From a bacterium (GTDB taxonomy: Bacteria > CALINM01), in NCBI GenBank assembly GCA_041640455.1, contig JBEQAF010000073.1:1-10869 (forward strand): 10,869 nucleotides of DNA. The letters run 5' to 3'. The notes below the pieces were generated by a model that saw nothing but the letters and a program-made list of their open reading frames with translations, had not been told where the DNA came from and ran no database searches. The position numbers were made by a program, and so were the translations under genes. This document shows positions 1 to 7,687 of this stretch, piece by piece (the stretch's first letter is position 1; every line of letters starts with the position of its first letter).

Positions 1-635
1 CCCATGAGCTGAAAACACCTATAACTGTTCTTAAGGGCTTTATTGAGACCCTTGAGTCTGAGATTGATGAAGATAAGAAGTTCATGGTTCAGGCACTGAG
101 AAAGCACATAACAAGACTTGAACTGCTTGTAAAGGATATTTTAACCCTTTCACAGATAGAAGATAGCAGACAGTTAATGATTGAAAAGCTGTCGTTAAAA
201 GAGATTGTTGATCAGGCAGTAAGTCTTTTTGAAAAGCAGGCGCAACTGAAAGAGATAAGTCTTATCAAGGACATCAGTCAGGATGTGGTTATTAAGGGAG
301 ATGGATTTCTTATTATCCAGGCAATAACCAATCTTCTCTCAAATGCCATAAAGTTCACAGAAAATAAAGGACGAATAATAGTTAGACTTTATAAGGAACA
401 GGACATGGCATGTATAAACATAGAAGACACGGGTATCGGTATCCCCTTTCATCTTAGAGACAAAATATTTGACAGGTTTTTTGTGGTGGATAGATCAAGG
501 GCAAGGGAACTTGGTGGGACAGGACTGGGACTTGCCATTGTTAAGCAGATAATGGAAATACATAACGGGAAGGTTCAATATCTCGAAAATAGCCCAAAAG
601 GCTCAATTTTTAAGCTAAGTTTTCCTGCAAGCTAA
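1..635 (+). CDS. Two-component sensor histidine kinase, C-terminal HisKA + HATPase_c part (PhoR/WalK-like); 5'-truncated by the window edge
   Basis: The frame is open from position 3 and reads HELKTPITVLKGFIETL (H-box), so the Met at 84 is internal. N-box QAITNLLSNAIKFT, G1 EDTGIGIP, F/G2 IFDRFFVVDRSRARELGGTGLGLAIVK. The DRSR..E.GGTGLGL pattern is typical of PhoR-like kinases. Stop TAA at 633-635. Confidence 0.93.
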   Translation, partial: HELKTPITVLKGFIETLESEIDEDKKFMVQALRKHITRLELLVKDILTLSQIEDSRQLMIEKLSLKEIVDQAVSLFEKQAQLKEISLIKDISQDVVIKGDGFLIIQAITNLLSNAIKFTENKGRIIVRLYKEQDMACINIEDTGIGIPFHLRDKIFDRFFVVDRSRARELGGTGLGLAIVKQIMEIHNGKVQYLENSPKGSIFKLSFPAS

Positions 636-644
636 TCCAGATAT

Positions 645-1442
645 TCAAAAAATTACATTAAGAAGTAGTCTGGTAGCTACCAATAAAAGAAAAATGCCAA
701 AATATCTCTTGAGCCTTTTTACAGGAAGCCTGTGGGCAAGCCTTGCTCCGAGAGGCGCAGTAATAACACTCATAGATACCACAGCGAGACAGGCAGGTAG
801 ATATACGTATCCTATACTATAAGCGGGTAGTCCATTAACACCGTAACCGCTGAAAATATACCCGATAAGTCCCGATAGGGCAATGGGAAATCCAAGAGCT
901 GAAGATGTGCCCACAGCCTGATATATTGATACATTACAATAAAGCATAAAAGGTACTGATAGAAATCCACCGCCAGCAGCTGCAAAAGATGATATTAAGC
1001 CGATTATTAGTCCGGCTATAAATAGCCCTTTTTTTCCGGGTAGCTGACTGTGAGCTTTGGGTTTAAAGTCCAGAATAATCTGAATAGCCGCATAATACAT
1101 GATGATAATAAAAAATATGCTAAGAGTTTTGGCTGGGATCCACCCCACAGAAAGGGCACCAGCAAGAGTTCCTGTTAGAAGCCCCGGTGTCATGGCTTTG
1201 AAAATATCCCACCTCACAGCTCCATGGATATGATGGGCTCTCATGCTGGAGAGAGAGGTAAAAAATATGGATGCCATAGATGTTCCCAAAGATATATGCA
1301 TTACAAGATCCTTAGGGAACCCCTGAGCACTAAATATTAAAAAAAGCAATGGTACCTGAGTAGTACCTCCGCCTATACCGAAAAGCCCTGCCACAAATCC
1401 TATAAAAAGTCCTATTAGAATGTAGTATAGATACCAGACCAT
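645..1442 (-). CDS. Sulfite exporter TauE/SafE (TSUP, DUF81) family membrane protein
   Basis: 265 aa, very hydrophobic, two-repeat architecture with GFVAGLFGIGGG...VP...LGTS and ISSFAAAGGG..SVP...AVGTS; C-terminal TAPLGARLAHRLP..LKR.F is typical of the family. Confidence 0.9.
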   Translation of the reverse strand: MVWYLYYILIGLFIGFVAGLFGIGGGTTQVPLLFLIFSAQGFPKDLVMHISLGTSMASIFFTSLSSMRAHHIHGAVRWDIFKAMTPGLLTGTLAGALSVGWIPAKTLSIFFIIIMYYAAIQIILDFKPKAHSQLPGKKGLFIAGLIIGLISSFAAAGGGFLSVPFMLYCNVSIYQAVGTSSALGFPIALSGLIGYIFSGYGVNGLPAYSIGYVYLPACLAVVSMSVITAPLGARLAHRLPVKRLKRYFGIFLLLVATRLLLNVIF

Positions 1443-1453
1443 TTTTTGCCCTA

Positions 1454-1482
1454 AATATATGTAATATTATTACAGATTTCAT
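1454..1482 (-). promoter_or_regulatory. Candidate sigma70 promoter for tauE (ATGAAA-17 nt-TATATT) with a palindromic operator-like site in the spacer
   Basis: Minus strand: ATGAAA (1482-1477), 17-nt spacer containing a 7-1-7 palindrome (plus strand TGTAATA-T-TATTACA, 1460-1474), TATATT (1459-1454). The very AT-rich context makes chance matches likely. Confidence 0.35.
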
Positions 1483-1528
1483 AAATATTTAAATATTTTA
1501 TGCATGTGTCATATTTTTTTATTACTGG

Positions 1529-1550
1529 ATATCTGGAAAATATCTGGAAA
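1529..1550. repeat. Perfect tandem direct repeat, 2 x 11 bp (ATATCTGGAAA)
   Basis: ATATCTGGAAA at 1529-1539 and 1540-1550, preceded by a partial copy CTGGA (1525-1529). Confidence 0.85.
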
Positions 1551-1637
1551 TCCGCAAATATTATGAGGGTTGCAGGGGCTGTTGAATGGCTGATTGTTTA
1601 TTTTTACAATTAAGACGGGATTTTCAAGCTTAGAAAG

Positions 1638-2162
1638 TTAGCTATCCAATAGAAATACAAAAGCCTCTTTTTCTGATACTCTCGGTGGAGCCTCTGGCTC
1701 TTCAGCAGGGTAACCCATAGGAACTATTGCTACAGGTCTTAAATTGTCAGGAAGGTATAGTATATCTTTTACTTCTTTTTCTAAGAATGCGCCCACCCAT
1801 ACGCTCCCAAGCCCATTCTCACACAAAACAAGCATCATATTCATTATGCTACACGCCACATCCTGAATGGCATATAAATTTACACCTCTCTGTCCATATT
1901 TAACCTCAATTCTACTATCTGCACAGCCAACCAATACTAAAGGCGCTTTTGCAATAAAATACTGACCAAGTGCGGACTCAGCAAGTTTTCTTTTTATGTT
2001 TTTATCTTTTATAAAATAAAACTTTCTTGCCTGAAGATTACCTGCACTGGGTGCCCAGAGTAAAGCATCTTTTATCTTTTTTAGAATCTCCTGAGGGATC
2101 TCTCTTTCTTGAAAACTCCTGATACTTCTTCTTGCTTTAATTATTTGTAAAACTGTATCCAT
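1638..2162 (-). CDS. Nitroreductase family (FMN-dependent) oxidoreductase
   Basis: 174 aa with the FMN-binding motifs IKARRSIRSF, APSAGNLQ and GLGSVWVGAF, plus the VAIVPMGYP...PR C-terminus. Confidence 0.93.
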   Translation of the reverse strand: MDTVLQIIKARRSIRSFQEREIPQEILKKIKDALLWAPSAGNLQARKFYFIKDKNIKRKLAESALGQYFIAKAPLVLVGCADSRIEVKYGQRGVNLYAIQDVACSIMNMMLVLCENGLGSVWVGAFLEKEVKDILYLPDNLRPVAIVPMGYPAEEPEAPPRVSEKEAFVFLLDS

Positions 2163-2170
2163 ATTAATCC

Positions 2171-4249
2171 CTATTTAGAAATTTTGGCATCTAATAATTT
2201 TTTAAGCTCATCTAAACTCATGGGATTATAACAGCTCTGGCTCTCACATAGATAAAATAAATTATTATCGCTATCATCTAATGTCATCGGTTTTACCATA
2301 AATTTTCTGGACTCCTCATCTACTGTAATAAGATTTAGATACCATAGATGCCCATACTTTTCTGAGATAGATTTAGCGGCATCTATCAATTTATCTTTTC
2401 TTTTTCCTGCAGCCACTATATCAATTGTCCCGCTTAAATGCAGATCAATAGCCATTATCGAAAGCAGATGGGCAGAAGGATAGCTTCTAATAGAAGCAGA
2501 AAAGCTATCAATTATTTTCCTACCAAACTCTTCATAATCCCTTCTGCCAGTCAGGCGTCCAAGTCTGATTAGATTATAAGCCATTACAGAGTTCCCTGAA
2601 GGAGTTACATTATCAACAATCTCTTTACCTCTTACTATTAAATTAGATGATTCTTTATGAGTATGAAAAAAACCTCCTCCTTCATTATCCCAGTAGCCTG
2701 CTATTACAATGTCTGTAAGCTTTATTGACATATTTAGATAGTAGCCATTAAAAGTATAATGATAGAGCTCAATTAATGCCCAGATGGTAAAGGCATAGTC
2801 TTCGATAAATCCGTTTATAGCCACATCACCATGATAGTATCTATGAAAAATTCTCTCATTTTTAAACATATTTTTTATTAAAAAATTCATTGAATTTTCG
2901 GCAGCTGCTAATATTTCTTCGGACTTGAAAATCTTAGCTGTTTTAGTTAGAGCAGCAATAGTTAAAGCATTCCAGTCAGTAAGAACCTTTTCATCTCTTA
3001 GCGGAGATACCTTTAATTTTCTCAGCTGAAGTAGCTTCTTATTTAGCATTTCTATTTTATCTTTTAGCTCTTTTGTTGATAAACCAAGATCCTGAGCAAG
3101 CTTCTCCTCATCAGCGTAAAGAAACAAGAGGTTTTTACCTGTTGTATGACCTGTAGCCTCTTCTTTAAAATTTCCCTCTTTTTTAAGAGAATATACACGG
3201 CTTAAAAAATCAAAATCTTCTTTACCAAAGACATCTGCTAACTCATCATATGTCCAGGTATAGTATTCTCCCTCTTTACTGTCGCTGTCCGCATCAATGG
3301 CAGAATAAAATCCGCCTTCCTCAGATCCCATATCTTTTTTAAGGAATTCGTATATCTCTAAAGCCACTTTTTTGAAAAAATCATTCTTTGTCCTGCTATA
3401 AGCCTCTACATAGCAGGCAAGTAGTAATGCATTATCGTAAAGCATCTTCTCAAAATGTGGTAGAAACCAGAATTTATCGGTTGAATACCTGTGAAAACCA
3501 TAACCTATCTGATCAAATATGCCACCAAGCCTCATCTTTTTCAAGGTGTTTAAAGCCATATTAAGGGCATAACTATTGCCTGTTCTATCATAGTAGTGAA
3601 AAAGATATAGGATATTTAAAGGCATGGGGAACTTTGGTGCTGTTCCAAAACCACCGTATTTTTCATCGTATATACTTTTCAGTTCTAAGAAGGCATCATC
3701 TATTATTCGAGCGTTTAACTCAGACTCTGTCTTTTCCGAATAAAGTTTGGTTATTGTATGCGTTACTTCCTTTGATATGTCTTTTAATCTATCTCTATCT
3801 TTTTGCCAGAGCTCGGCTATTTTAAGAAGAAGTCTTTTAAGCCCCATCTTTCCATAAAAATCCTCTTTCGGTATATAGCTGTCTGCAAAAAATGCTTCTC
3901 CGCTATGATCTACAAAAATGGATAGTGGCCAGCCACCCCTACCTGTAAAAAGCTGACAGATTTTCATATATACATTATCAATATCAGGTCTTTCTTCTTT
4001 ATCAACTTTTATGGAGATAAAATGATTATTTAATATCTCTGCTATCTCTTTGTCTTCAAAGGACTCTTTTTCCATCACATGACACCAGTGACAGCTTGAA
4101 TAGCCTATTGATAAAAATACAGGTTTGTCTTCATTTTTTGCCCTTTCAAATGCTTCATCAGACCAGGGATACCAATCAACGGGATTATAAGCATGGGCTT
4201 TAAGGTATGGGCTTTTTTCATGGATAAGCCTGTTTGCTTTCTTTGTCAT
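2171..4249 (-). CDS. Thioredoxin domain-containing protein, YyaL/SSP411 (DUF255 + six-hairpin glycosidase-like alpha/alpha barrel)
   Basis: N-terminal [105 protein letters not shown] and a C-terminal CxxxxC. Start moved from the ORF-track TTG (4282) to ATG 4249 (MTKKANRL), matching the family N-terminus and the promoter position. Confidence 0.93.
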   Translation of the reverse strand: MTKKANRLIHEKSPYLKAHAYNPVDWYPWSDEAFERAKNEDKPVFLSIGYSSCHWCHVMEKESFEDKEIAEILNNHFISIKVDKEERPDIDNVYMKICQLFTGRGGWPLSIFVDHSGEAFFADSYIPKEDFYGKMGLKRLLLKIAELWQKDRDRLKDISKEVTHTITKLYSEKTESELNARIIDDAFLELKSIYDEKYGGFGTAPKFPMPLNILYLFHYYDRTGNSYALNMALNTLKKMRLGGIFDQIGYGFHRYSTDKFWFLPHFEKMLYDNALLLACYVEAYSRTKNDFFKKVALEIYEFLKKDMGSEEGGFYSAIDADSDSKEGEYYTWTYDELADVFGKEDFDFLSRVYSLKKEGNFKEEATGHTTGKNLLFLYADEEKLAQDLGLSTKELKDKIEMLNKKLLQLRKLKVSPLRDEKVLTDWNALTIAALTKTAKIFKSEEILAAAENSMNFLIKNMFKNERIFHRYYHGDVAINGFIEDYAFTIWALIELYHYTFNGYYLNMSIKLTDIVIAGYWDNEGGGFFHTHKESSNLIVRGKEIVDNVTPSGNSVMAYNLIRLGRLTGRRDYEEFGRKIIDSFSASIRSYPSAHLLSIMAIDLHLSGTIDIVAAGKRKDKLIDAAKSISEKYGHLWYLNLITVDEESRKFMVKPMTLDDSDNNLFYLCESQSCYNPMSLDELKKLLDAKISK

Positions 4250-4255
4250 AGATAA

Positions 4256-4266
4256 ATTATACCACA
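4256..4266 (-). promoter_or_regulatory. Extended -10 promoter (TGTGG-TATAAT) directly upstream of the yyaL-like ATG
   Basis: Minus strand reads TGTGGTATAAT-TTATCT-ATG: perfect TATAAT (4261-4256) with a TRTGn extension, 6 nt before the start codon, and no Shine-Dalgarno in between. Confidence 0.7.
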
Positions 4267-4305
4267 AGATGAGATCTAACAATTCTGATAAGGATGGAGA
4301 GAATG

Positions 4306-4331
4306 AAAAAGGGGGTTTTACCCCCCCCTTT
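4306..4331 (-). terminator. Intrinsic (Rho-independent) terminator downstream of tRNA-Asn
   Basis: Minus strand AAAGGG-GGGGGT-AAA-ACCCCC-TTTTT: a G/C stem followed by a U5 tract, about 10 nt after the tRNA 3' end. Flanking A/T runs suggest it may be bidirectional. Confidence 0.8.
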
Positions 4332-4340
4332 ATGAATTTA

Positions 4341-4413
4341 CTCCCGAGGTAGGACTCGAACCTACGACCTAGTGGTTAACAGCCACCCGCTCTGCCGATT
4401 GAGCTACTCGGGA
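4341..4413 (-). tRNA. tRNA-Asn (anticodon GTT), 73 nt, CCA not encoded
   Basis: Reverse complement TCCCGAGTAGCTCAATCGGCAGAGCGGGTGGCTGTTAACCACTAGGTCGTAGGTTCGAGTCCTACCTCGGGAG: acceptor stem TCCCGAG/CTCGGGA, D arm GCTC/GAGC, anticodon arm GGTGG-CTGTTAA-CCACT, T arm GTAGG-TTCGAGT-CCTAC, discriminator G, then TAAA. Confidence 0.97.
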
Positions 4414-4428
4414 CTTGATAAGTGTAAG

Positions 4429-4457
4429 ATTTTAAAAAAATTAGCTATTTTTGTCAA
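4429..4457 (-). promoter_or_regulatory. Sigma70 promoter for tRNA-Asn (TTGACA-17 nt-TAAAAT)
   Basis: Perfect -35 TTGACA (4457-4452), exact 17-nt spacer, -10 TAAAAT (4434-4429). Predicted start near 4423, about 10 nt before the mature tRNA 5' end. Confidence 0.85.
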
Positions 4458-4468
4458 GAAAAAGTAAC

Positions 4469-4855
4469 CTATTGCTCTTTCTCTTCTTTCTCTGGCACTA
4501 CATAGTCAATCCACTCAAGCAGTGCCACCGGTGCAGCATCTCCCAGCCTGTTTCCTGCCTTTATTATCCTTGTATATCCGCCTTTTCTGTTGTTAAATTT
4601 AGGAGCTATATCTGAAAAGAGCTTCTTTAATGCCTCATCGTTTCTTAAAAAGGCAAAGGCAAGCCTTCTTGCATGGAGATCTCCTCTTTTGCCAAGCGTA
4701 ACCATCTTCTCTGCAAATCTCCTAGCTTCTTTGGCTCTCGCCTCTGTGGTCTCAATTCTACCATGCATAATAAGTGATATGACCATATTTTTTATCATGG
4801 CAATTCTATGTGAGGTATTTCTACCCAGTGTCTTAGTTTTACGGGCATGTCTCAT
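4469..4855 (-). CDS. rplQ: 50S ribosomal protein L17
   Basis: MRH...[35 protein letters not shown]; follows rpoA; GGAGGA RBS lies in the end of rpoA. Confidence 0.98.
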   Translation of the reverse strand: MRHARKTKTLGRNTSHRIAMIKNMVISLIMHGRIETTEARAKEARRFAEKMVTLGKRGDLHARRLAFAFLRNDEALKKLFSDIAPKFNNRKGGYTRIIKAGNRLGDAAPVALLEWIDYVVPEKEEKEQ

Positions 4856-4856
4856 T

Positions 4857-5885
4857 TTAATCCTCCGTAGTCTTCTTTTCCGACAGGTGTTTGGCTAACT
4901 GCTCTTCCCAGTTAGGTATCTTCATGCCGAGCGAAAGCCCCATCTCAGCTAAAACGGCTTTAATATCGTTCAGTGATTTCCTGCCGAAATTTTTATAGGT
5001 AAGCATCTCATGCTCTTCTTTCTGTACCAGCTCTCCAATCCATTTAATATTGGCATTTTTAAGACAGTTGGAGGCTCTTACAGGAAGTTCAAGCTCTTCA
5101 ACACTTTTAAAAATATTCTCGTTCAGCTGTGGTTCGGCCACAGCCTTTGGCTCAACAGTTACCTCTTCATCTACCTCTTCGTCAAAATGAATGAATATAT
5201 CCAGATGCTCCTTCAATATCTTTGCTGCAACACCCAGCGCATCCTCAGGATCTATGCTGCCATCTGTCCAGATCTCCATTGTGAGCCTATCGTAATCGGT
5301 CATCTGCCCCACACGGGTATTTGTAACATCAAAGGTAACCTTTCTGATTGGCGAATAGATAGCGTCTATGGGTATATATCCGATATCAAGATCTTCAATC
5401 TTATTTCTTTCAGCAGGCACCCAGCCTCTGCCAAGTTTTACAAGAAGCTCTGCATCAAAACTTGCCCCCTTTTCAATGGTGGTTATAACTAAATCGGGAT
5501 TTAAAATCTCCACGTTATTATCTGAAAACTTTATATCCTGTGCATAAACCGTCGCAGGTCCCTTTACGGAGATTCTTGCCCACTCTTCCCTGAATTCTGA
5601 AGGCACGCTGAATCTTACCTGTTTCATGTTAAGTAATATGTTTATCACATCATCTTTAACACCTGGAAGAGAGACAAACTCGTGATCAGCTCCTTCAATC
5701 TTTACTACCGAGATAGCGGCACCATATAGAGATGAGAGCATTATTCTTCTTAATGAGTTACCGATAGTGGTTCCAAATCCTTTTTCAAGAGGCTCTATCT
5801 TAAATTTTCCATAGGTTTTGCTATAAGTATCTTTCTCAACCTCAACCCTTCTGGGTTTTATGAGGTCTTTCCAAACTTTATACAT
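4857..5885 (-). CDS. rpoA: DNA-directed RNA polymerase subunit alpha
   Basis: [35 protein letters not shown], alpha[11 protein letters not shown]...KNFGRKSL. Start corrected to ATG 5885 ([11 protein letters not shown], 342 aa), preceded by GGAGG at 5897-5893. Confidence 0.98.
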   Translation of the reverse strand: MYKVWKDLIKPRRVEVEKDTYSKTYGKFKIEPLEKGFGTTIGNSLRRIMLSSLYGAAISVVKIEGADHEFVSLPGVKDDVINILLNMKQVRFSVPSEFREEWARISVKGPATVYAQDIKFSDNNVEILNPDLVITTIEKGASFDAELLVKLGRGWVPAERNKIEDLDIGYIPIDAIYSPIRKVTFDVTNTRVGQMTDYDRLTMEIWTDGSIDPEDALGVAAKILKEHLDIFIHFDEEVDEEVTVEPKAVAEPQLNENIFKSVEELELPVRASNCLKNANIKWIGELVQKEEHEMLTYKNFGRKSLNDIKAVLAEMGLSLGMKIPNWEEQLAKHLSEKKTTED

Positions 5886-5904
5886 AATTGTTCCTCCATT
5901 AATT

Positions 5905-6534
5905 TTATTTGGAGTAAAGCTCAATAATTAGCTGTTCCTGGATGGGATATTCTATGTCGCCTCTTGTGGGCTTAGACCTAACATAGCCTTTGAAATTATC
6001 TTTATCAAGCTCCAGCCAGGATGGGATATTTCTTCTGACCACTGCCTCAAGGGCATCTTTTATGGTGACGTTATTTTTGCCTGATTCGTTAAGCTCTATA
6101 ACATCATTAGGTTTTACAACAAAGGATGGTATATTAACCTTTTTTCCATTTACATTAAAAAATTTATGCAATACAAACTGTCTTGCCTGAGTTCTGGAGT
6201 TTGCAAAGCCCAGCCTGTAAACTACATTATCAAGCCTTCTCTCAAGAAGCGAAAGCAGGTTTTCACCAACTACTCCCTTCATCCTATCAGCTCTCAAATA
6301 GTTTAGTTTAAACTGCTTCTCCTGTAATCCGTAGATCCTTTTTACCTTCTGTTTCTCTCTGAGCTGCATGCCATAGTTGGACTGCTTTTTCATCTTAAGC
6401 TGTCCGAACACTCCGGGCGGATAATTTCTTTTTTCAAAAGAGCATTTATCTGTGTAACATCTATCACCCTTAAGATAGAGTTTTGTATTTTCTCTTCTAC
6501 AAAGCCTGCACTTTGATCCGATATATCTTGCCAA
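5905..6534 (-). CDS. rpsD: 30S ribosomal protein S4 (four-Cys, metal-binding form)
   Basis: MARYIGSKCRLCRRE..KLYLKGDRC...KC, QLREKQKVKRIYG, LLERRLDNVVYRLGFA, EQLIIELYSK; TTG start with AAAGGAGG RBS. Confidence 0.98.
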   Translation of the reverse strand: MARYIGSKCRLCRRENTKLYLKGDRCYTDKCSFEKRNYPPGVFGQLKMKKQSNYGMQLREKQKVKRIYGLQEKQFKLNYLRADRMKGVVGENLLSLLERRLDNVVYRLGFANSRTQARQFVLHKFFNVNGKKVNIPSFVVKPNDVIELNESGKNNVTIKDALEAVVRRNIPSWLELDKDNFKGYVRSKPTRGDIEYPIQEQLIIELYSK

Positions 6535-6546
6535 TTTAAACCTCCT

Positions 6547-6933
6547 TTATACCCTTCTTCTTTTCGGCGGTCTGCAACCGTTATGGGGAATGGGCGTAAT
6601 GTCTTTTATTGCCAGTATTTTAAAACCAAAGGTCTGAAGTACTCTTAATGCAGATTCTCTGCCTGCTCCAGGTCCTTTAACACAGACTGTAATGTTCTTT
6701 AAGCCCATATCAAGCGCCTTTTTGCCAGCATTTTCAGCAGCAACCTGTGCTGCATAGGGCGTACCTTTTCTTGAACCTTTAAAGCCCACACTTCCCGCTG
6801 AAGCCCAGCAGATAACGTTCCCCTGCATATCTGTTATGGTAACTATTGTATTGTTAAAGTTGGATTTGATATAAATATAGCCATTGGGGACTATTTTTTT
6901 CTCTTTTTTCTTTTTTACCCTTGGTTTTGCCAT
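6547..6933 (-). CDS. rpsK: 30S ribosomal protein S11
   Basis: [50 protein letters not shown]. Confidence 0.98.
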   Translation of the reverse strand: MAKPRVKKKKEKKIVPNGYIYIKSNFNNTIVTITDMQGNVICWASAGSVGFKGSRKGTPYAAQVAAENAGKKALDMGLKNITVCVKGPGAGRESALRVLQTFGFKILAIKDITPIPHNGCRPPKRRRV

Positions 6934-6944
6934 CTAATCCTCCA

Positions 6945-7319
6945 TTATTTTGTCTTTCTTGAACTGCCCAGAGCTTTTCTTGGACCTTTTCTTGTCCTTG
7001 CATTGGTATGAGTCCTCTGTCCCCTAACAGGCAGTCCCATTTTATGTCTCAGACCTCTGTAGCAGCCTATCTCCATGAGCCTTTTTATATTAAGAGCTAT
7101 CTCTCTTCTAAGATCACCTTCAACCTTGAAGTTCTTATCAATAACCTCTCTTATTCTTGCAACCTGATCATCTGTCAGGTCTTTGGTGCGTATATTGTAG
7201 TCCACATTTGCATCATCAAGAACCTTTTTAGCTGTGGTAGGTCCTATGCCAAAGATATAGGTGAGAGCTATCTCTATTCTTTTATTTTTAGGTAAATCAA
7301 CACCTGCTATTCTTGCCAC
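6945..7319 (-). CDS. rpsM: 30S ribosomal protein S13
   Basis: [47 protein letters not shown] start with AAGGAGG RBS. Confidence 0.98.
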   Translation of the reverse strand: MARIAGVDLPKNKRIEIALTYIFGIGPTTAKKVLDDANVDYNIRTKDLTDDQVARIREVIDKNFKVEGDLRREIALNIKRLMEIGCYRGLRHKMGLPVRGQRTHTNARTRKGPRKALGSSRKTK

Positions 7320-7330
7320 TTAAGCCTCCT

Positions 7331-7444
7331 TTATCCCTGTCTCTGTTTATGTTTGGGATTATCACAGATAATTCTGACAACACCTTTTCTTTTAATAGCT
7401 CTGCATTTGTCACACATTTTTTTCACTGAAGGTCTAACTTTCAT
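7331..7444 (-). CDS. rpmJ: 50S ribosomal protein L36 (Zn-ribbon form); missing from the ORF track
   Basis: Manual translation [37 protein letters not shown] (37 aa); AAGGAG RBS; expected position between infA and rpsM. Confidence 0.98.
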   Translation of the reverse strand: MKVRPSVKKMCDKCRAIKRKGVVRIICDNPKHKQRQG

Positions 7445-7468
7445 TAATTGCTCCTTTTTATAAAAAGC

Positions 7469-7687
7469 TTACTTAGCTCTGTAAATTATTCTTCCTCTTG
7501 TTAAATCATAGGGAGACAGCTCAATAACCACCCTATCTCCTGGCAGGATACGAATATAATGCATACGCATCTTCCCTGACACATGTGCAAGAATCTTATG
7601 CCCGTTATCGAGCTCAACTCTAAACATGGCATTAGGTAAAGTTTCTATAACCTTACCTTCAACTTCTATTGCATCTTCTTTAGCCAC
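7469..7687 (-). CDS. infA: Translation initiation factor IF-1
   Basis: [56 protein letters not shown]. The likely start is GTG at 7687 (72 aa) after a GAGGAG RBS; overlaps the map stop by 8 nt. Confidence 0.98.
   Translation of the reverse strand: MAKEDAIEVEGKVIETLPNAMFRVELDNGHKILAHVSGKMRMHYIRILPGDRVVIELSPYDLTRGRIIYRAK

Noticed and set aside
1507..1513. TGTCATA resembling a pho-box half-site
   Set aside because: Single half-site with no partner 11 bp away; expected by chance in AT-rich DNA.
1575..1586. GGGGCTGTTGAA, loosely reminiscent of some IS terminal repeats
   Set aside because: No matching inverted partner, target duplication or transposase remnant seen.
1563..1613. Small plus-strand ORF MRVAGAVEWLIVYFYN in the tauE-nitroreductase spacer
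   Set aside because: Only 16 codons, no clear SD and no recognisable similarity; unsupported without Ribo-seq or conservation data.
1622..1636. Imperfect dyad TTTCAAGCTTAGAAA after the nitroreductase stop as a terminator
   Set aside because: AT-rich weak stem, essentially no loop and no U-tract on the minus strand.
645..4413. Genomic island integrated at the tRNA-Asn 3' end
   Set aside because: No integrase or other mobility gene, and I found no duplicated tRNA 3' fragment (att site) in the window.
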